Assembly (NCBI RefSeq): GCF_021869535.1
Contig: NW_026262679.1
Location: 89,900,001-89,964,000 of the forward strand
DNA length: 64,000 nt
Reading direction: 5' to 3'
Source of the DNA: Mytilus californianus
Lineage: Eukaryota
The stretch's first letter is position 1; each line of letters begins with the position of its first letter. A program made the position numbers and the translations under genes. This document shows, one piece after another, positions 10,391 through 24,026 of this stretch. The notes beneath the pieces were generated by a model. The model saw only the letters and a list, made by a program, of their open reading frames with translations. It did not search any database and was not told where the DNA came from.

Positions 10391-12377
10391 TAGATCTATG
10401 TGGTGCAAAACGCAACTACTGCATATTTGCAGATCTACCGTTTTTGGCTAAATTTCATGCAAGGTATATAAAAAGTCTTAACCTTGTATAACCTTTGGTC
10501 ACTTATTAGAGCTTTCCCAATTTGCTACGTATCAGGTATGGTTGGTATGTATCTCAACGGTTAGTGCAGTTTGGAGGTATCATTTAATGCATGAAATTAT
10601 TTGATTTATCATGAAAAAATTTAAATAGTTGAAATGCATATCACCAAAAACTAGCTTCACGTTTTATTTGATAACGATGTCATGGTTTCTAGAACACTTT
10701 GTTTATGATTAATTATGAGATTATTTAGTTGTGCACAAGTGCATGAATCAAACAGACCTTAAACGAACTGAGTTAACGCAGCCTATAGATTCTAAATATA
10801 CATTTGCGTTTCTGTTTGTTAAAGGTATTGTTTTTGTTTCGTTTATATATAGAAAAAGAAGATTTTTTTCGTATGTATAAATAGAATTTGGAATAATTAA
10901 AATAATGTCTATGAACTATTTTCTAAAACACATGTTACTGGTGTTGGTTATATTCGTTAACGTGTTAAAATTGTGTTGATTTCAAATTATATTTAGTTCT
11001 TGCATGATTTTAAAATTAGTTATTATCATTTCAGTAATCTATTTCGATCATTACAGAAGAAGATTTTATCTTGAAACGATGAGAGAGCTGAGATAACATA
11101 TTGAGTGAGAAAGGGGCACTCTTCTTATTTTTTTATCAACAACTAAAAGATTTTTTTCTAGAAATGTATTCTTAAAAAGTAAACTGAAACATATTGTAAA
11201 AAAATATTCACTATTCTGTTGCCGATGAAAGAAAACCACCAATGTGTTGAATCATTGAATTTAAAAGAATGGAATAATTGTCATATAATTATAGTAAATT
11301 CTACTCACACTTGTGTTCTTTGAATATTTTATTAGCGTATCTTTTATTTGACCCTTTCTTCGTACTTTTTACTTTGGTAAAATTTCTCATACGTGTGTAT
11401 GACGATTTTTGCGAAAATGCAGAAAAATATGAAAATGGTATAGATAACGAATTTGAACTACTAAAGTAACTTACAAAATTAAATTCTATTAAATAATGCG
11501 AAGAATTGATACTAATTATTTATTAAAAAAGTTTGTTGCTCACCGATATGACATACGTTTATATGTTCACCTAGAGATTTACTCAGTCAGGTTTATATTT
11601 ATATACATTAAATCGACTCGCACACGAGGTTTTTTAATGTAGGCAAGATATTTAGCGGAACAGGTTTTGTACGTATATTCATCATTAATACATTTTCAAT
11701 GAGGTAAATTTTGTATGTTAAAACAGCTATTATTCTATCATCCATTCTAAAAGCCTACCCCCAAAAATGCCAACCTATTCATTCTGTATGTTTATATTAA
11801 TATAACAGGCAAACATTAGATAACATATGAATGTGCTTTATATTTAGCTTCGTTTTACCTTTGCAATTTCGGGGAAATAAGTCTCAATTATAAACTGTTC
11901 GTGCAAGGTTTACTTACAACGGTTGGTTGAAAGCATAATCGAGTACACACAATACCGTTTGTTATGCATAGGGAACATATCCACATGAAATTTATACCAA
12001 GTTGTAGCTAAAAATCCTCCAAATACTTTTGGAAATGTTTTATAAAACATACGTTGACATTAAGGGCATATATTAATTATTTTCAAAAGTTCAATGACTG
12101 CTCCCAGTTCGTTCTCGGTACCAAATCGGGAAACATCTTGTGAGAACCTTTGTCGTAATGGTGCTTAATATTTCAACGTGTACATTTATATTGTGTGATG
12201 ATATTTTTATCCAAAAAAAAAGTACGTGACTGGGTTTTATGATAATAGGAATAATCATTTTCTTAAAAGTACATCTATAAGTATCAAAAAAAAAAAGAAA
12301 AATATTTTACTCGCTGTTTTATAAAAGAAAAATATTTTTTCATTGTATAGCAACACAAAAATCGCGATAATTCCTGC

Positions 12378-12666
12378 ATGAATATGTATGGACTACAGTG
12401 TTCAATCATCTGAAGGGCCGTACACTTTACCGTATGAATATGTATCGACTGCAGTGTTCAGTCATCTGAAGGGGCGTACACTTTACCGTATGAATATGTA
12501 TCGACTGCAGTGTTCAATCATCTGAAGGTCCGTACACTTTACCGTATGAATATGTATGGACTGCAGTGTTCAATCATCTGAAGGGCCGTACACTTTACCG
12601 TATGAATATGTATCGACTGCAGTGTTCAATCATCTGAAGGGCCACCCACTTCCTGTATGAATATGT
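12378..12666. repeat. 56-bp minisatellite, 5 full copies plus a partial
   Basis: ATGAATATGTAT starts at 12378, 12434, 12490, 12546, 12602 and 12657. Units are adjacent with no spacers. Confidence 0.95.
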
Positions 12667-14331
12667 CACTGTCTGATATTTGCCATAAACGTAAATATGG
12701 TGTATGCTCAGTTCACTGTGATATACATACCAGTATAACAAGTTCGGTGAACCCTTCTTTCACAGTTATCATTCACAGGTCATTGCTTGACAACTGGTGG
12801 CGACAACACGGGAGCACTCGACACAATAGCCAGTGCCCATTTATAGACGAAAGTATCAAATAAGCTAAATAATTTTTATTTTTACTGGAGATATATTTAC
12901 TATTTGAGCAATAAATTTTCAAGAGGCCATTCTGGACATTTTCATGGAATCTGATATGAATTTGTCACATGATGTTCAGCAGATCAAACTCAAGCTGCTA
13001 CACTAACGGGGTATCATAAAAATCTGACCATGTTGTCATTAATTACCGCCGTTATTTATAAGGCAGTGGAAAATACTTCGGCTAGCCGGAAAAATACAAA
13101 AAACTGTCTATTCTTCTGGCTATTCGGAAGAATAGGTTTTCTCTGCTATTATGCAATTTTTCCGGTCATACATAACAAAAAAAAATGAATATGTTTTGTT
13201 AAGTTATTATATTTTGTAGCATCCAGTGGAAAATGGAGTGGCAAAGAGAATCCTCCCGTAAAAACACGAAGAATTGGAATTATTAATTGTTTGCGCGTTC
13301 TCCGCGCGGACGTTACTGATAATAAACTCAAGATAAAACGTTCCAGAGAATAGTAATAATGCGAAGAATATTAAAATAAAATAAAACCAAGATAACCATG
13401 GGCATAAACTCCCCAATTACCAACATCAATTTATTTTCTATACTGGCTTTTCTTTAGAACACGTCGATTCACCGTTAATATATACAGCTTGTCAAGTGAG
13501 ATCAAAAGAAGAATAAAAACAACATCGATTGATAAGCATCAAAGACACGTTCGAATTAAAGTCACTTGGCAAAAATATGCGAAAAGAGTTTCCTTTCACT
13601 AAAACAAATCGAAATGCAAATGAATTTACTTCATAATTTACATCATATCCAGACTTTTATCTTGCTTCATGTAATGATTATTTGCAATATAGAATCAACA
13701 TTTGTTTCGTCGAAAGGCTCTTATCAAAAGGATAAAGGTTGTCATCCTTTTGTTTTTATTCCATTTAAATAAAGAAAATTAGAATCATTATAATACCAAT
13801 AATGAAATACACAATGCAAAAAGGAAACAATAATAATATCATTGACATGTTAAATATTTATTATTATTACAACAGTTGCGTTGAATTATAAGCTATTTGT
13901 GATGTTTATTGCATTATTATAATGCCTAGAAGAAAACAAAATTTAAATTCTTAAAAAGCAACAAATAAGATAAAAACAAACAAAAAATATAGTAGATGAC
14001 AACAATAAAAATTAAACAAAAATGATATACAAAAAGGATAAGAAGAGAAAATAATTGTATTGGCACAGTAATTTTCATCCTTTATATTCGGAAATTTCAG
14101 TGTACAATCCATCTCCAATAGAATGATGTCTTTGCTCTCAATTGCAAGGCTATGAATAAGAAGAAGAATAAGAATTTTATTAGTTTAAAATTCAAACAAT
14201 AGGATTGTTACTAACGAAAAACGTATAAATAACAAAACGATAGACAATAAATAATACAAACATGTAGCAAATTCATTACAGTACTATTTTCACAAGGCTA
14301 TGAGCAATTGTAGAATAAAATAAAAAAAATT

Positions 14332-14526
14332 AAGGTATCTCATACGTTGATATTTAAAGGAATCCCATACGTTGATATTTTAAAGACTCCCATACGTTGA
14401 TATTTTAAGGAATCACATACGTTAATATTTAAGGAATCCCATATGTTGATATTTTAAGGAATCCACTTCGTTGATTTTTTAAGGAATCCCATACGTTGAT
14501 ATTTTAAGGTATCACATACGTTGATA
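14332..14526. repeat. About 25-bp minisatellite (AAGGAATCCCATACGTTGATATTTT), about 8 diverged copies
   Basis: Directly visible head-to-tail repeats. Confidence 0.9.
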
Positions 14527-15504
14527 GTTATTAACAAAAATGTCGAACTTAAGCTTTGAAGGTTTCATTTTGAAAAGATTGTTCATTAATAAATGTTTAG
14601 ATCCTAAATATATATGTATAATGTTATGAGTGGGCGGAGTTTGTCATATGCCGAGTTTGATCTTTGCCGAGTTGACATGTGCGGGTTTGTAATGTGACGA
14701 GATGTCTTGCTTTGAGTCTAAAGATTTGTTAAAACCATACGGATAAAAATAAGTATGAGCGATTAAGTAAGAAGATTACAAATATATTGTCATAAAAATT
14801 ACCAACGTCTTTTCTATCTATATACCTTGATGCAAGGTATTCCAAATTAACTTATGAAAGATTGCATTTTAATCTATTTAATATGTTTTGTAATTTCAGA
14901 CATGCATACTCTTTTGGGAAGGATATAAAATGTTTTGAGACCATAACCATAATTAAATTTTTAGCAGTTGTCTTGGATTTAACAATGATTGCACGTGATA
15001 TTCAATCTTTGTCCCATAAGACTTTGAAATATTGATAATTTTACGATATATGTATGTTATATTTGTCTTGGTTACTTTACACTCCACTAACATAATCGTA
15101 AGTATTATGTTGATTGTCAGAATCTTAATGAAGTACACTTGCGAACAAAACCTTAATACTTGTCTTTGTGTCATTTTTGTGAATATATCTATTAAAACTG
15201 ATTTTGTTGTTTTTGTTTTGTTTTGTTTTATTCGTTATCATTTACTACGAGGTTCAAGTATTGGAAAGTTAGGCTGACAGTTTGATTTAAAAAGTATTGA
15301 ATCGTATAATTCAACCAATAGCTTGTACATCATGTTACAGTCGGATATTTCAATAGCAGATGGCATTTTAACCATCTCATCTTACATTATTACAACAATA
15401 ACTTAAAAAACACATATGTGAAATAATGTTACTTACTTATGTATTTATTTTCTTCGTTTTGGAAGGGGATACGATTTAACTGGTGTTTAAAATTAAACAT
15501 CATT

Positions 15505-16626
15505 TTACCAACACTTGCAATGATGGTTTTGCTTAAACTTGTTATGTGTTTCTATAGTTTTCCACATTTTATGTGAATAACTTGCATTCTTTAAATTATT
15601 TATGTAAAACAAATGGCATGGCTTTTCATTGAAACTTTGCTGCACTTCCTTTAAATAACAATTCGGCTGAACTATTTCTATTTTTAAAATCCAGGGAATA
15701 AATCCGCTTCCATAGACATCTTCAAGCCACAAAAAAGGCACAATTCGCGTCGCTTCATACATTTGTCTAATTACATTAATGGCCATAATGGATGAGGGTC
15801 CTGCACAAAAAGGAGGAAACGTTGGAAACCGATAGTCTGAGAGAGGCGTATACCATTTGCTACGAGGTTCACGGTACGGCATAGATCCAAAAACGGTAAA
15901 ACATTCTAAAACATTTGTCTTGTTCTGAATTATCTTATTGTTTAAGTAAGGAATTAGAAATGGAATGTTAATAGTGATATCATCGTCAATTTTGATGACA
16001 TAAATGGCATCTTTACAGAATTTATTTACCCAGAACAAGCTGAATACTCTTTTGTATGTTAAATTTTTGTAGCTGTCAATAAAATTCCCTTGTATAATAT
16101 CCCTGTATCTGACACTTTCCTTTTCAATTTGTCCTTGCAGTGTATCATTATTGGTTTGCCCTAGCACAAAGACATATTCAATATCTCTATTGGCAAAATG
16201 GGAGATCGATCCAAATGTATTCCTTATTAGCTGACGTCCGTCAAATTTATAAGTAGCCGAATAAACTAGAACTAACAGGAACGTATCTTGTTCTTTACAT
16301 TCCTTACCAGTATTTAGAAGTGTACTATATTGATGTTTGTGAATAAGAGGGTCCATCAGCTTATCTGGTGATACATTCATATAAAAATGTTCAAACTCAG
16401 TTGAGATATATTTTCCATTGTATTTTATCAGCGTCATACCATTGCTGAATATTCGTTGCTGAATTCTATCAAGTAAGTTTCTTTCATTTACAAACAGCAA
16501 CAAACACATTGTAAACAGAATCATCAATGGAGTTTTTTTGCGTAATTTCAATAATCTAGGGATTACTTTTATACGTTTAAATCCAGTCATTTCTCGTTTG
16601 CAGCTTATGGTAGTCATCGCAGTCAC
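15505..16626 (-). CDS. GT31 beta-1,3-galactosyltransferase 1-like protein, 373 aa, single-exon CDS
   Basis: Basic tail plus TM (PLMILFTMCLLLFV); FLLVLVYS...RQLIRNTFG, YVFVLG, ESVRYRDIIQGNFIDSYKNLTYK, IKIDDD, SKWY, FPPFCAG, WLEDVY. Confidence 0.93.
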   Translation of the reverse strand: MTAMTTISCKREMTGFKRIKVIPRLLKLRKKTPLMILFTMCLLLFVNERNLLDRIQQRIFSNGMTLIKYNGKYISTEFEHFYMNVSPDKLMDPLIHKHQYSTLLNTGKECKEQDTFLLVLVYSATYKFDGRQLIRNTFGSISHFANRDIEYVFVLGQTNNDTLQGQIEKESVRYRDIIQGNFIDSYKNLTYKRVFSLFWVNKFCKDAIYVIKIDDDITINIPFLIPYLNNKIIQNKTNVLECFTVFGSMPYREPRSKWYTPLSDYRFPTFPPFCAGPSSIMAINVIRQMYEATRIVPFLWLEDVYGSGFIPWILKIEIVQPNCYLKEVQQSFNEKPCHLFYINNLKNASYSHKMWKTIETHNKFKQNHHCKCW

Positions 16627-17099
16627 ATATCATTACGGACGAAATTAAAAATATTAATGAGGCATAAACACATTTATTTCGGTTATATTATGAATATACG
16701 ATATTCTTTTCTGTTTTATTATTAAATGCGTCAGTAATTTTTAGAGCAACACAACATATAGAAAAGTCAGCTAATCTATCGATTTCCAATCTGTCAAATG
16801 CATGAAATTCCAATGAAAATAATTTATATTGATAACAATTACATATTCTTTTTTTTTATAACTCATTTACATATTCTTCCCTAGTGAAATGGTCCCCATT
16901 CAAATATGTATTCCTAACTCTTCGGATTGCCTGTTACAATTCACTGTAAGATGTTCCTTATCATATAATATTATTAAAAAAAAAAGCATTGTTTACAAAT
17001 TTGAAAAAAAAGACATTAAAATGGAGTCGTTATATACAACAAAAATGTTCTCAGGGTCGAAAAAATAGTTCTCTTGCAACTCCATGGGATGATAAGTAG

Positions 17100-18005
17100 C
17101 AGATTTTCAGGCAGAATCTTTGAAGACTCAATTGTTGCAAACCTGTCTTACCTCCTTGACAAATATATTGTTGTCCCTGTTGATAAAGCCTCAAACAACA
17201 TCGTGTTTGTGTGTAAATCACATTACATAAAATTGAGAATGGAAATGGGGAAATAAACTGCTTGATAAATGAATTGGGTATTGATAATTCACTTTACACA
17301 AGTATTCCTTAAATTGAAAGAGTTGGTCTTGCTATGCTTCATTACAAAGAAAGGCAAATGCAGATACAAGTCACCTTTCTTAGGGAGGGATAAATAATAC
17401 TTAAAAAATCACTCTGATTCAAACAAAAAAATTTTGAAACTGACATTATCGAGATGCTTGATTTCTTAAATGACAACATATTTTATACATTTGGAGGACG
17501 TTTTATTTTAACAAACAATCGGCATTCCCATGGGAACCAACTGGGCTCCTCTTCTTGTCGACTTATTCCTTTATTCATATGAGGCTGGCTTCCTATATGA
17601 GCTTTGTAAGAATTACAAGAAATTTTTCTCATCCTTTAACTTTACTTTCCGCTGTATAGATGATGTCCTCTAACTAAATAATTTTGGTGACTACTAGTAT
17701 GTTGAACGAATCCATAAAATCGAACTTGAAATAAATATAAATAAGAAGATGTGGTATGAGTGCCAATGAGACAATTCTCCATCCAAGTCACAATGTATAA
17801 AACGTTAACAATTAAAGGTCAAAGTACGGCCTTCTATACGGAGACAACAGATACAGTTAAGTCTGCCTAAGGTATCTAGAAATTGACAATAAGGGTCGGT
17901 TGAGAATAAAACTTTACGACAAAAGAGATGATTTCAGCTTCCTCTGCTAAACATTACAGCAGCGCCTGCATATGAAGATTATATCTCCCAGTTGATATGA
18001 TACTA
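17100..18005 (+). mobile_element. Penelope-like retroelement RT pseudogene (longest copy), with stops, frameshifts and an insertion at about 17735-17843
   Basis: LLDKYIVVPVDKASNNIVFVCK; IIEMLDFLNDNIF; GIPMGTNWAPLLVDLFLYSYE (motif B'); FRCIDDVL (YIDD-type motif C, mutated); AAPAYEDYISQLI. Confidence 0.8.
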
Positions 18006-19856
18006 ATGACCACATGACAAGAACAGTTTATTCATTCTTACGACAGACGTAGAATTTCATCACAAGTACAAACTGTCTAAATGGAGGAAAGATAGCGAAA
18101 AGGAATCATTCGACTGACTTGAAGGAAAGTTGATATTTTAAGATAACGCTTGGGCTTTCCCAAGAATTCACATGGGAAAATAAGCGATACGGTTTGAAGT
18201 TAGATACCTTCTCTATATTTGTCACGGGTATGCATAATTTGGCATACTAATGTCCCCGCCATTATAATTGTTTGTTTACATAATACTAAATTTGATTTTA
18301 TCTTAGGTCATTTACAAATCCAATTAGTTAGTTGCAAAGTATGATGGACTACTGCATATACATGATATACATGCTTACAATTTACAGAGAACACATGTTA
18401 TTTACTGACATGCAACGAATATGTTCACAGATTGCCGGAAAAGGATCTCATTAATTTTTTATTCTTGTGTGATTATATTTACAGACTGAGAACTAATATA
18501 AGGGATTAGTTCCATGCTCAGATCAACGAATAAAGGCTTCTATCCTAAGAAAAGAGTGTTTAAAATATTCGAGCAATAGCCACTAATATTATATGGATCA
18601 TAGATAAACAAAGATTATAGACACTCGTTTACGGAGCAGCTAACAGACCACACAAAACTCAAAAGATAATTAGCTGTACTTGTATTCAGATAACGAAAAC
18701 GGGAGGCTCCTGAACGTTTCAGATATCTCATAAAATAAGCGATAGTTAAATATCCGAGTGACGCACTCACAAATCTTTCCTTTTTTGCACACAATTTATA
18801 TACATTGAATAATAATTGATCTACATTTTATTTTTCTGCTGTCATTGCAAAGGTCAATAAAGGAGCCATTGTCCAGCCACAAATTCTGCAAGCCTTAGAG
18901 ATTATAAAAAAGTGTTTTCTAGTGTCACCACATGAACTGAAATTTGCTCTGTAATTGTTTTATTGTAAATTTTTGATGTCTCTGTAACTGTGTAATTTGT
19001 GTTTACAATTAAAGTTGTGAGACTTTGAGCTAGCTAACCAAAAAAAAAAGCGCGGTTCTTTTGAATTTAATTTTTTTTTCTTTTGCACTAAGTTATTTTG
19101 TGTCATGAAATAATAAATCAAAACACCCCTTTATTTTAAAAAACGTACGAGTATGTTATGTCATCGATAGGTTTTTAACTACGGCAAGGATTTTAATGAG
19201 GTGTGACATGAATGTCAATAAATCGGCAACTTAACGATCAAAATAACCTCAAGACAACCAAAGTCTTCTGCAATAGACAGGTGGCCCAGTCTTTATAACA
19301 TATGCCTGTCTTTAAAGCCATTGTGCTTGCAGCCTGTAATGCCTGTTATCAAGAAGGATTGATGTGCCGTATTATCAGTTCTTTATGATATAGCAGTGTT
19401 TATCGAAATAATTAAGAATATATGAACGAAAATCCCAGGAGCATACATTATTTTGTAACCCATTCCTTTGAAATATTTCAAATAGTTTTAGGGAGCTAAG
19501 AAGGCGTTTACTGGACAATGGATATTTATTTCACGTGAAATGAATCCACAGGTAAGGTGCATAATGATAGACAAAATCTGTTCTTTACGACTTTCAAAAG
19601 ACGGGGAAAAAGACTCGAATGCTGAAGCCGGTGAACAATATTTTTCAAATCTGAGCATGTAAATTGAAAATTATGTTATATAGATTACATGTATAACATT
19701 AGATTAGCAAAAATAATAACAAGAGATTCCGAGATAAAATACAAAATTTTCAACCAAATTCCACGTGTTTTTAGGTGATAGTAAACTCGTAGTAGCCCAC
19801 AATTCATTGTGACTCATTGTGCCGATTGGTTGATTTCTCACGAATATGTTTAATAA

Positions 19857-20420
19857 AGGCAACAGTAGTATACCGCTGTTCAATAGTTACAAATCGATTA
19901 AGCAAAAACAAATCCGGGTCACAAACCAAAACCAAGGGAAACACATCAACTATAAGAGGAAAACAACGGAACAACAGAAACACTGAACTACTACAAAAAC
20001 AAACGCCAACATACATAGAAACGGACTATTTGATAACAGCTGCCATATTCCTGACTTGGTACAGGACATTTTAAGAAAAGTGGTTGGTTGAATCTGGTTT
20101 TATGGCTAGCCAAACTTCCCGATTATATGGCAATGTTAAAAATACCGATAAAATGACAACATTACGTGACAGGAACACAGTACAAATAAACGCAAGAACA
20201 CTCAGGACAGAGAAATACATAAATAAATAATATAATAGTACATTACAACATGTAAACCACAGAATAACAACGGACACCTCCCATCAATTTTCGAGAGTAC
20301 ACCAGTACACCACAATAGAAATATGAACTGTGCGTCACATGAATGTATCATCGCAACAAAAAATGACGTATTTTTTTTGTGACGTTTATTTCATCACAGG
20401 TAAATTTACATTTGTATTTG
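19857..20420 (+). repeat. Interspersed repeat family C (inverted copies at about 48780-48975 and 50030-50335)
   Basis: GGAAACACATCAACT...GAAACGGACTATTTGATAAC...CTGACTTGGTACAGGACATTTTAAG matches the reverse complement at 50130-50290; the 3' part matches the reverse complement at 48780-48960. Confidence 0.8.
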
Positions 20421-21021
20421 GGAAATTACTATGCAAATGTTTTCTGCGTCAGATTTCGACCTGTTTATATTATCAGTTACCGATGTAGATAGTAAACTAG
20501 GAATTGATGGTAAAAAGTGAATAATATAATTTCTAGTAAATTTCTATAAATATATCACAGAAAAACGCAAAAATTAATTCAATTCAGAATTAAAAAAAAC
20601 CCAAAATAACGGATTTTGTAAAAAACTGGATCCCTCCCTATTAATGCTTGGTACGATTCATCTGAGGACCACATCGATTTTGTAAACAAAACAAGTATCA
20701 CATTTCCTTTATTCAGTAGTTTGAGCTTCTTAGATTAAGAGTATGGCCTATTATACTTACATTACGTTTATTTGAATGTTGAGTAGATGGAAATATCGGT
20801 CATTAATCAGGGTGCTCTAATCATCATCGAGATGCACGATGGGTAATCACACAGAAACTATATAAATCCTTGATCAAACAGCTAAATGATGTTATAAATA
20901 AAGGAAGTTTTTGGATACTGTTGATTGATTCCTGATAATCTTTTTGTTATCCGCTCAATCCCGAACTACCAAAGTATACTTACTCATAAACTCAACATAT
21001 ATAGCAGGATTAATATTGTGT

Positions 21022-21066
21022 ATGCCAGACACACGTTTCGTCTACAAAGGAGTCGTCAGTGACGCT
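21022..21066 (-). ncRNA. Family 1 hammerhead relic (stem II disrupted)
   Basis: Reverse complement reads GCGTCACTGACGACTCCTTTGTAGACGAAACGTGTGTCTGGCAT. Confidence 0.65.
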
Positions 21067-21976
21067 CTTATCAAAAAGTTTAATTAGAATAAAGTACGAA
21101 GATAAAGAGCATGTTTTCTCACTAAAATTGTTTAATTACTTATTTATCCCTAGGAGATACCATGACTTCTGATTTAATACCGCTATATGAATTTCAATGT
21201 CAAGAAGAAATATTGACACACTTTATTGCAGCGGCCGAACATATTAGTAATTGTGAATCAATACTGCTAACATATAGTGCAAAACAAACCCGCCTTAAAC
21301 AATCATACTACTTATTTCGAAAGAAAGTACTTGATTTTGACTTAGAGGAAGAATTTTGTGCGTTTAAAATTAATGCGGACAACATTTATACGTGCTATGC
21401 AATTAAATATCTCACATAATGTGTATTACGGTACACAGGAATTTCTGGAATAAAAAATATTTTATTTGGAAAATTATATCGAAGCTTTAGTAACCATATA
21501 CAGTTGTAAAGAGATATTCATTTTAAACATGAGATTAGAAACTTCGAGAATAAAAGGGCAAAGAAAATGTTTAACTATATAAGAAAACGTGATTTTCCCT
21601 TTGGTAAAGAACCACGTTTCAAGCTTACAACTGTTCATTGACTTCTACATGTTTTAATGAATCAGGACTTAACATAAAAATACTTGAATGCCATTGCGAT
21701 TTAGATCCATTTTCTTTAATTTGATATGTTTATCATTTAGCAAAGAGCTTTCACCTCCTAACATAACTTAACTTAACTTATCGAAACAAACATTGTCCTA
21801 TTTACAAGGTAACTTTAAAGTTCGTGTACATATCTTTACTTCAGACATGTCTGGCTCAAACGGGGCGATACAAGTCGAATTTAATAACTTCACTCTAAGT
21901 TGCTTTCAAAACATGTCCTATCGTAAGTTAATTTTTGCGGCTTTAAAAAAACTGCTTTAAAGTCCATTTGTTCGAA

Positions 21977-21995
21977 CGCCACTGATGAGTCTTAT
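21977..21995 (+). repeat. Truncated 5' half of a family 1 hammerhead
   Basis: CGCCACTGATGAGTCTTATG, followed by unrelated sequence. Confidence 0.5.
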
Positions 21996-24026
21996 GACTT
22001 AAGTGTTGCGCAACTAGCCATGTGTCTAGTATCTTTGATCAGTTATTGTAACTGAGTCTTCTTTTGTGTTAAATTGACAGCTGTCCTACGATCGATTAAA
22101 GATCTTAAAACCTTTCGCAAGTTAACATTAACAGTGAACATTTCTGGTCATGAATTAAACGTTCTGTAAGGTTATGATCACATCAGTCTAAATATGTTTT
22201 AAACTGTAACCGTCAGACAGGACAATCTTTACTGAATTAAAGACATATCATTGTTACTTGTGTCAATGGAAGTTTCAAACCGGAAATGCATTTTTTAACA
22301 AATGTTCCTGAATGTTTGGGTAGCATATTGTCGCAAATTATTTTTATGAAAACAATAAAATACTTCAACTTTAAAAGAGGAGGCCTGGACCTTTGATTTG
22401 TCACATATTAAAGAGTGAAAACATAAAGTCCCTAGGAATGAAATATTGATACTTTAAGAAAACTTTGATGTTATCTCGGATGAAGCTTTTGCAGTTTCAT
22501 GTTCAAAACATTTTGATGCATTGATTATTTGTTTTTGTATTTCTTTCATATTAACATAAAATGTCTGAATAACATGCTTATGAACCCTTAAAAAAGACCA
22601 TAGTCTCCATGACTAAATGTGTCCGAGCCATGGATATTTAAAGTTTTGTACATTTCCTGGTGTTTACATTCTCTTTGATTGTAACAGTATCAATGCTGCA
22701 CATTCTAATGGTGTACACGCTAGTTCCTTCGACTTATGAATATCATGTTATGGCCAGTTACATTTTTTTCTGTTGACGGTTTGTCGTAATATTTAAACAA
22801 AACAATTGAAATTTTATGTTTTTATGTCACAAAATGAAAATAATACCGTTACATTTATTTCGTCGGAGTCTCTTTTCTGGGAGGTCGTTCCTCAGTGACT
22901 CTGAAATCCCACAAGGTTAAAGAAAAACAACAGTTGAATAACCATTCATTTCCGCTTTCTAGTACGGTTGTTAGTTTATCATATGACAAGTTTTAAATTT
23001 GACAATTTCAAATTTCACACTATCATGTGTCGGAATGACCAACAAGGACGACTTTACATTTCAACGACTTACTGTAAAAATATTCGGGTTTGTAAATGGC
23101 AAGGTCGGGTCAGATTTCAAGCGGATTTGTCGAATTGTTTCAATTAAGTAACGAAGCACCGCTTTGAGTCAAGGAACATTTTCCACCCATCTGTGTACTT
23201 CTACCTTATATTGATTAATTTGTTTAACCTATAACAAGCTTTGACTTTCGACTAGATAAATCCCCAATATTTTATTATTCTTACTGTCATTCATGATTGA
23301 GACTATTTCATTCTTACTGTCATTCTTGATTGAGACTAATTTTTGTGTGTTCGATACTTGATACGAAGATCATATTGATTTGTCTCGTACCTTTTCCTTG
23401 TTCTGTTTTAACAGGTAATTATAACTTTTAAAAAAACGAAAGTAAAAATAATTATAAAAATTACTTAAACGCTTTCCCTTTAAGGCTTTTTGAAAAAACC
23501 TTTAATTTAAAACCATAAAAAATCGTATAAATTGCAGAACTTCAGCCCCACTAAAATAAACAACTTTACAGTATGAATAACTCAAAACACTCCATTCACG
23601 TCACATTCACTTGTATATGTATGTTTTGATAACACATTGAATGATAATTCCTTCAGAGTTGTTGAAGTTTTGTTAATGGAACAATTCGTTTGATGTGTTT
23701 GAGTTTTTGATTTTGCCATTTGATTATGGACTTTCTGATTTGAATTTTCCTCGGAGTTCGGTATTTTTTGCTATTTTACTTTTTACAGAAAGATCTTGTC
23801 GTTAGAAACATGAAAGGTGTTCTTTACAAATTCAGGTCTTAAGTAATAAAACACACAATGAAACTGTAATAAAACATCTATGAACATCAGTAAACAACTT
23901 TATGTCTTTTCTTGTTATTCGTCGTATTTTGAAGATTAGATATCAACATATTGAAAATAGCCACAAAAAGACTCTACTTGAATTGCTCAATCTATAGTTA
24001 CGGTCCAATATAATTGGTTGGTCCTG

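Noticed and set aside
12378-12666. CRISPR array
   Set aside because: Head-to-tail 56-bp units with no unique spacers, no cas genes, eukaryotic context.
21162-21470. LINE C-terminal zinc-finger-like relic (CQEEILTHFI)
   Set aside because: Faint resemblance only; no adjoining RT remnant recognised.
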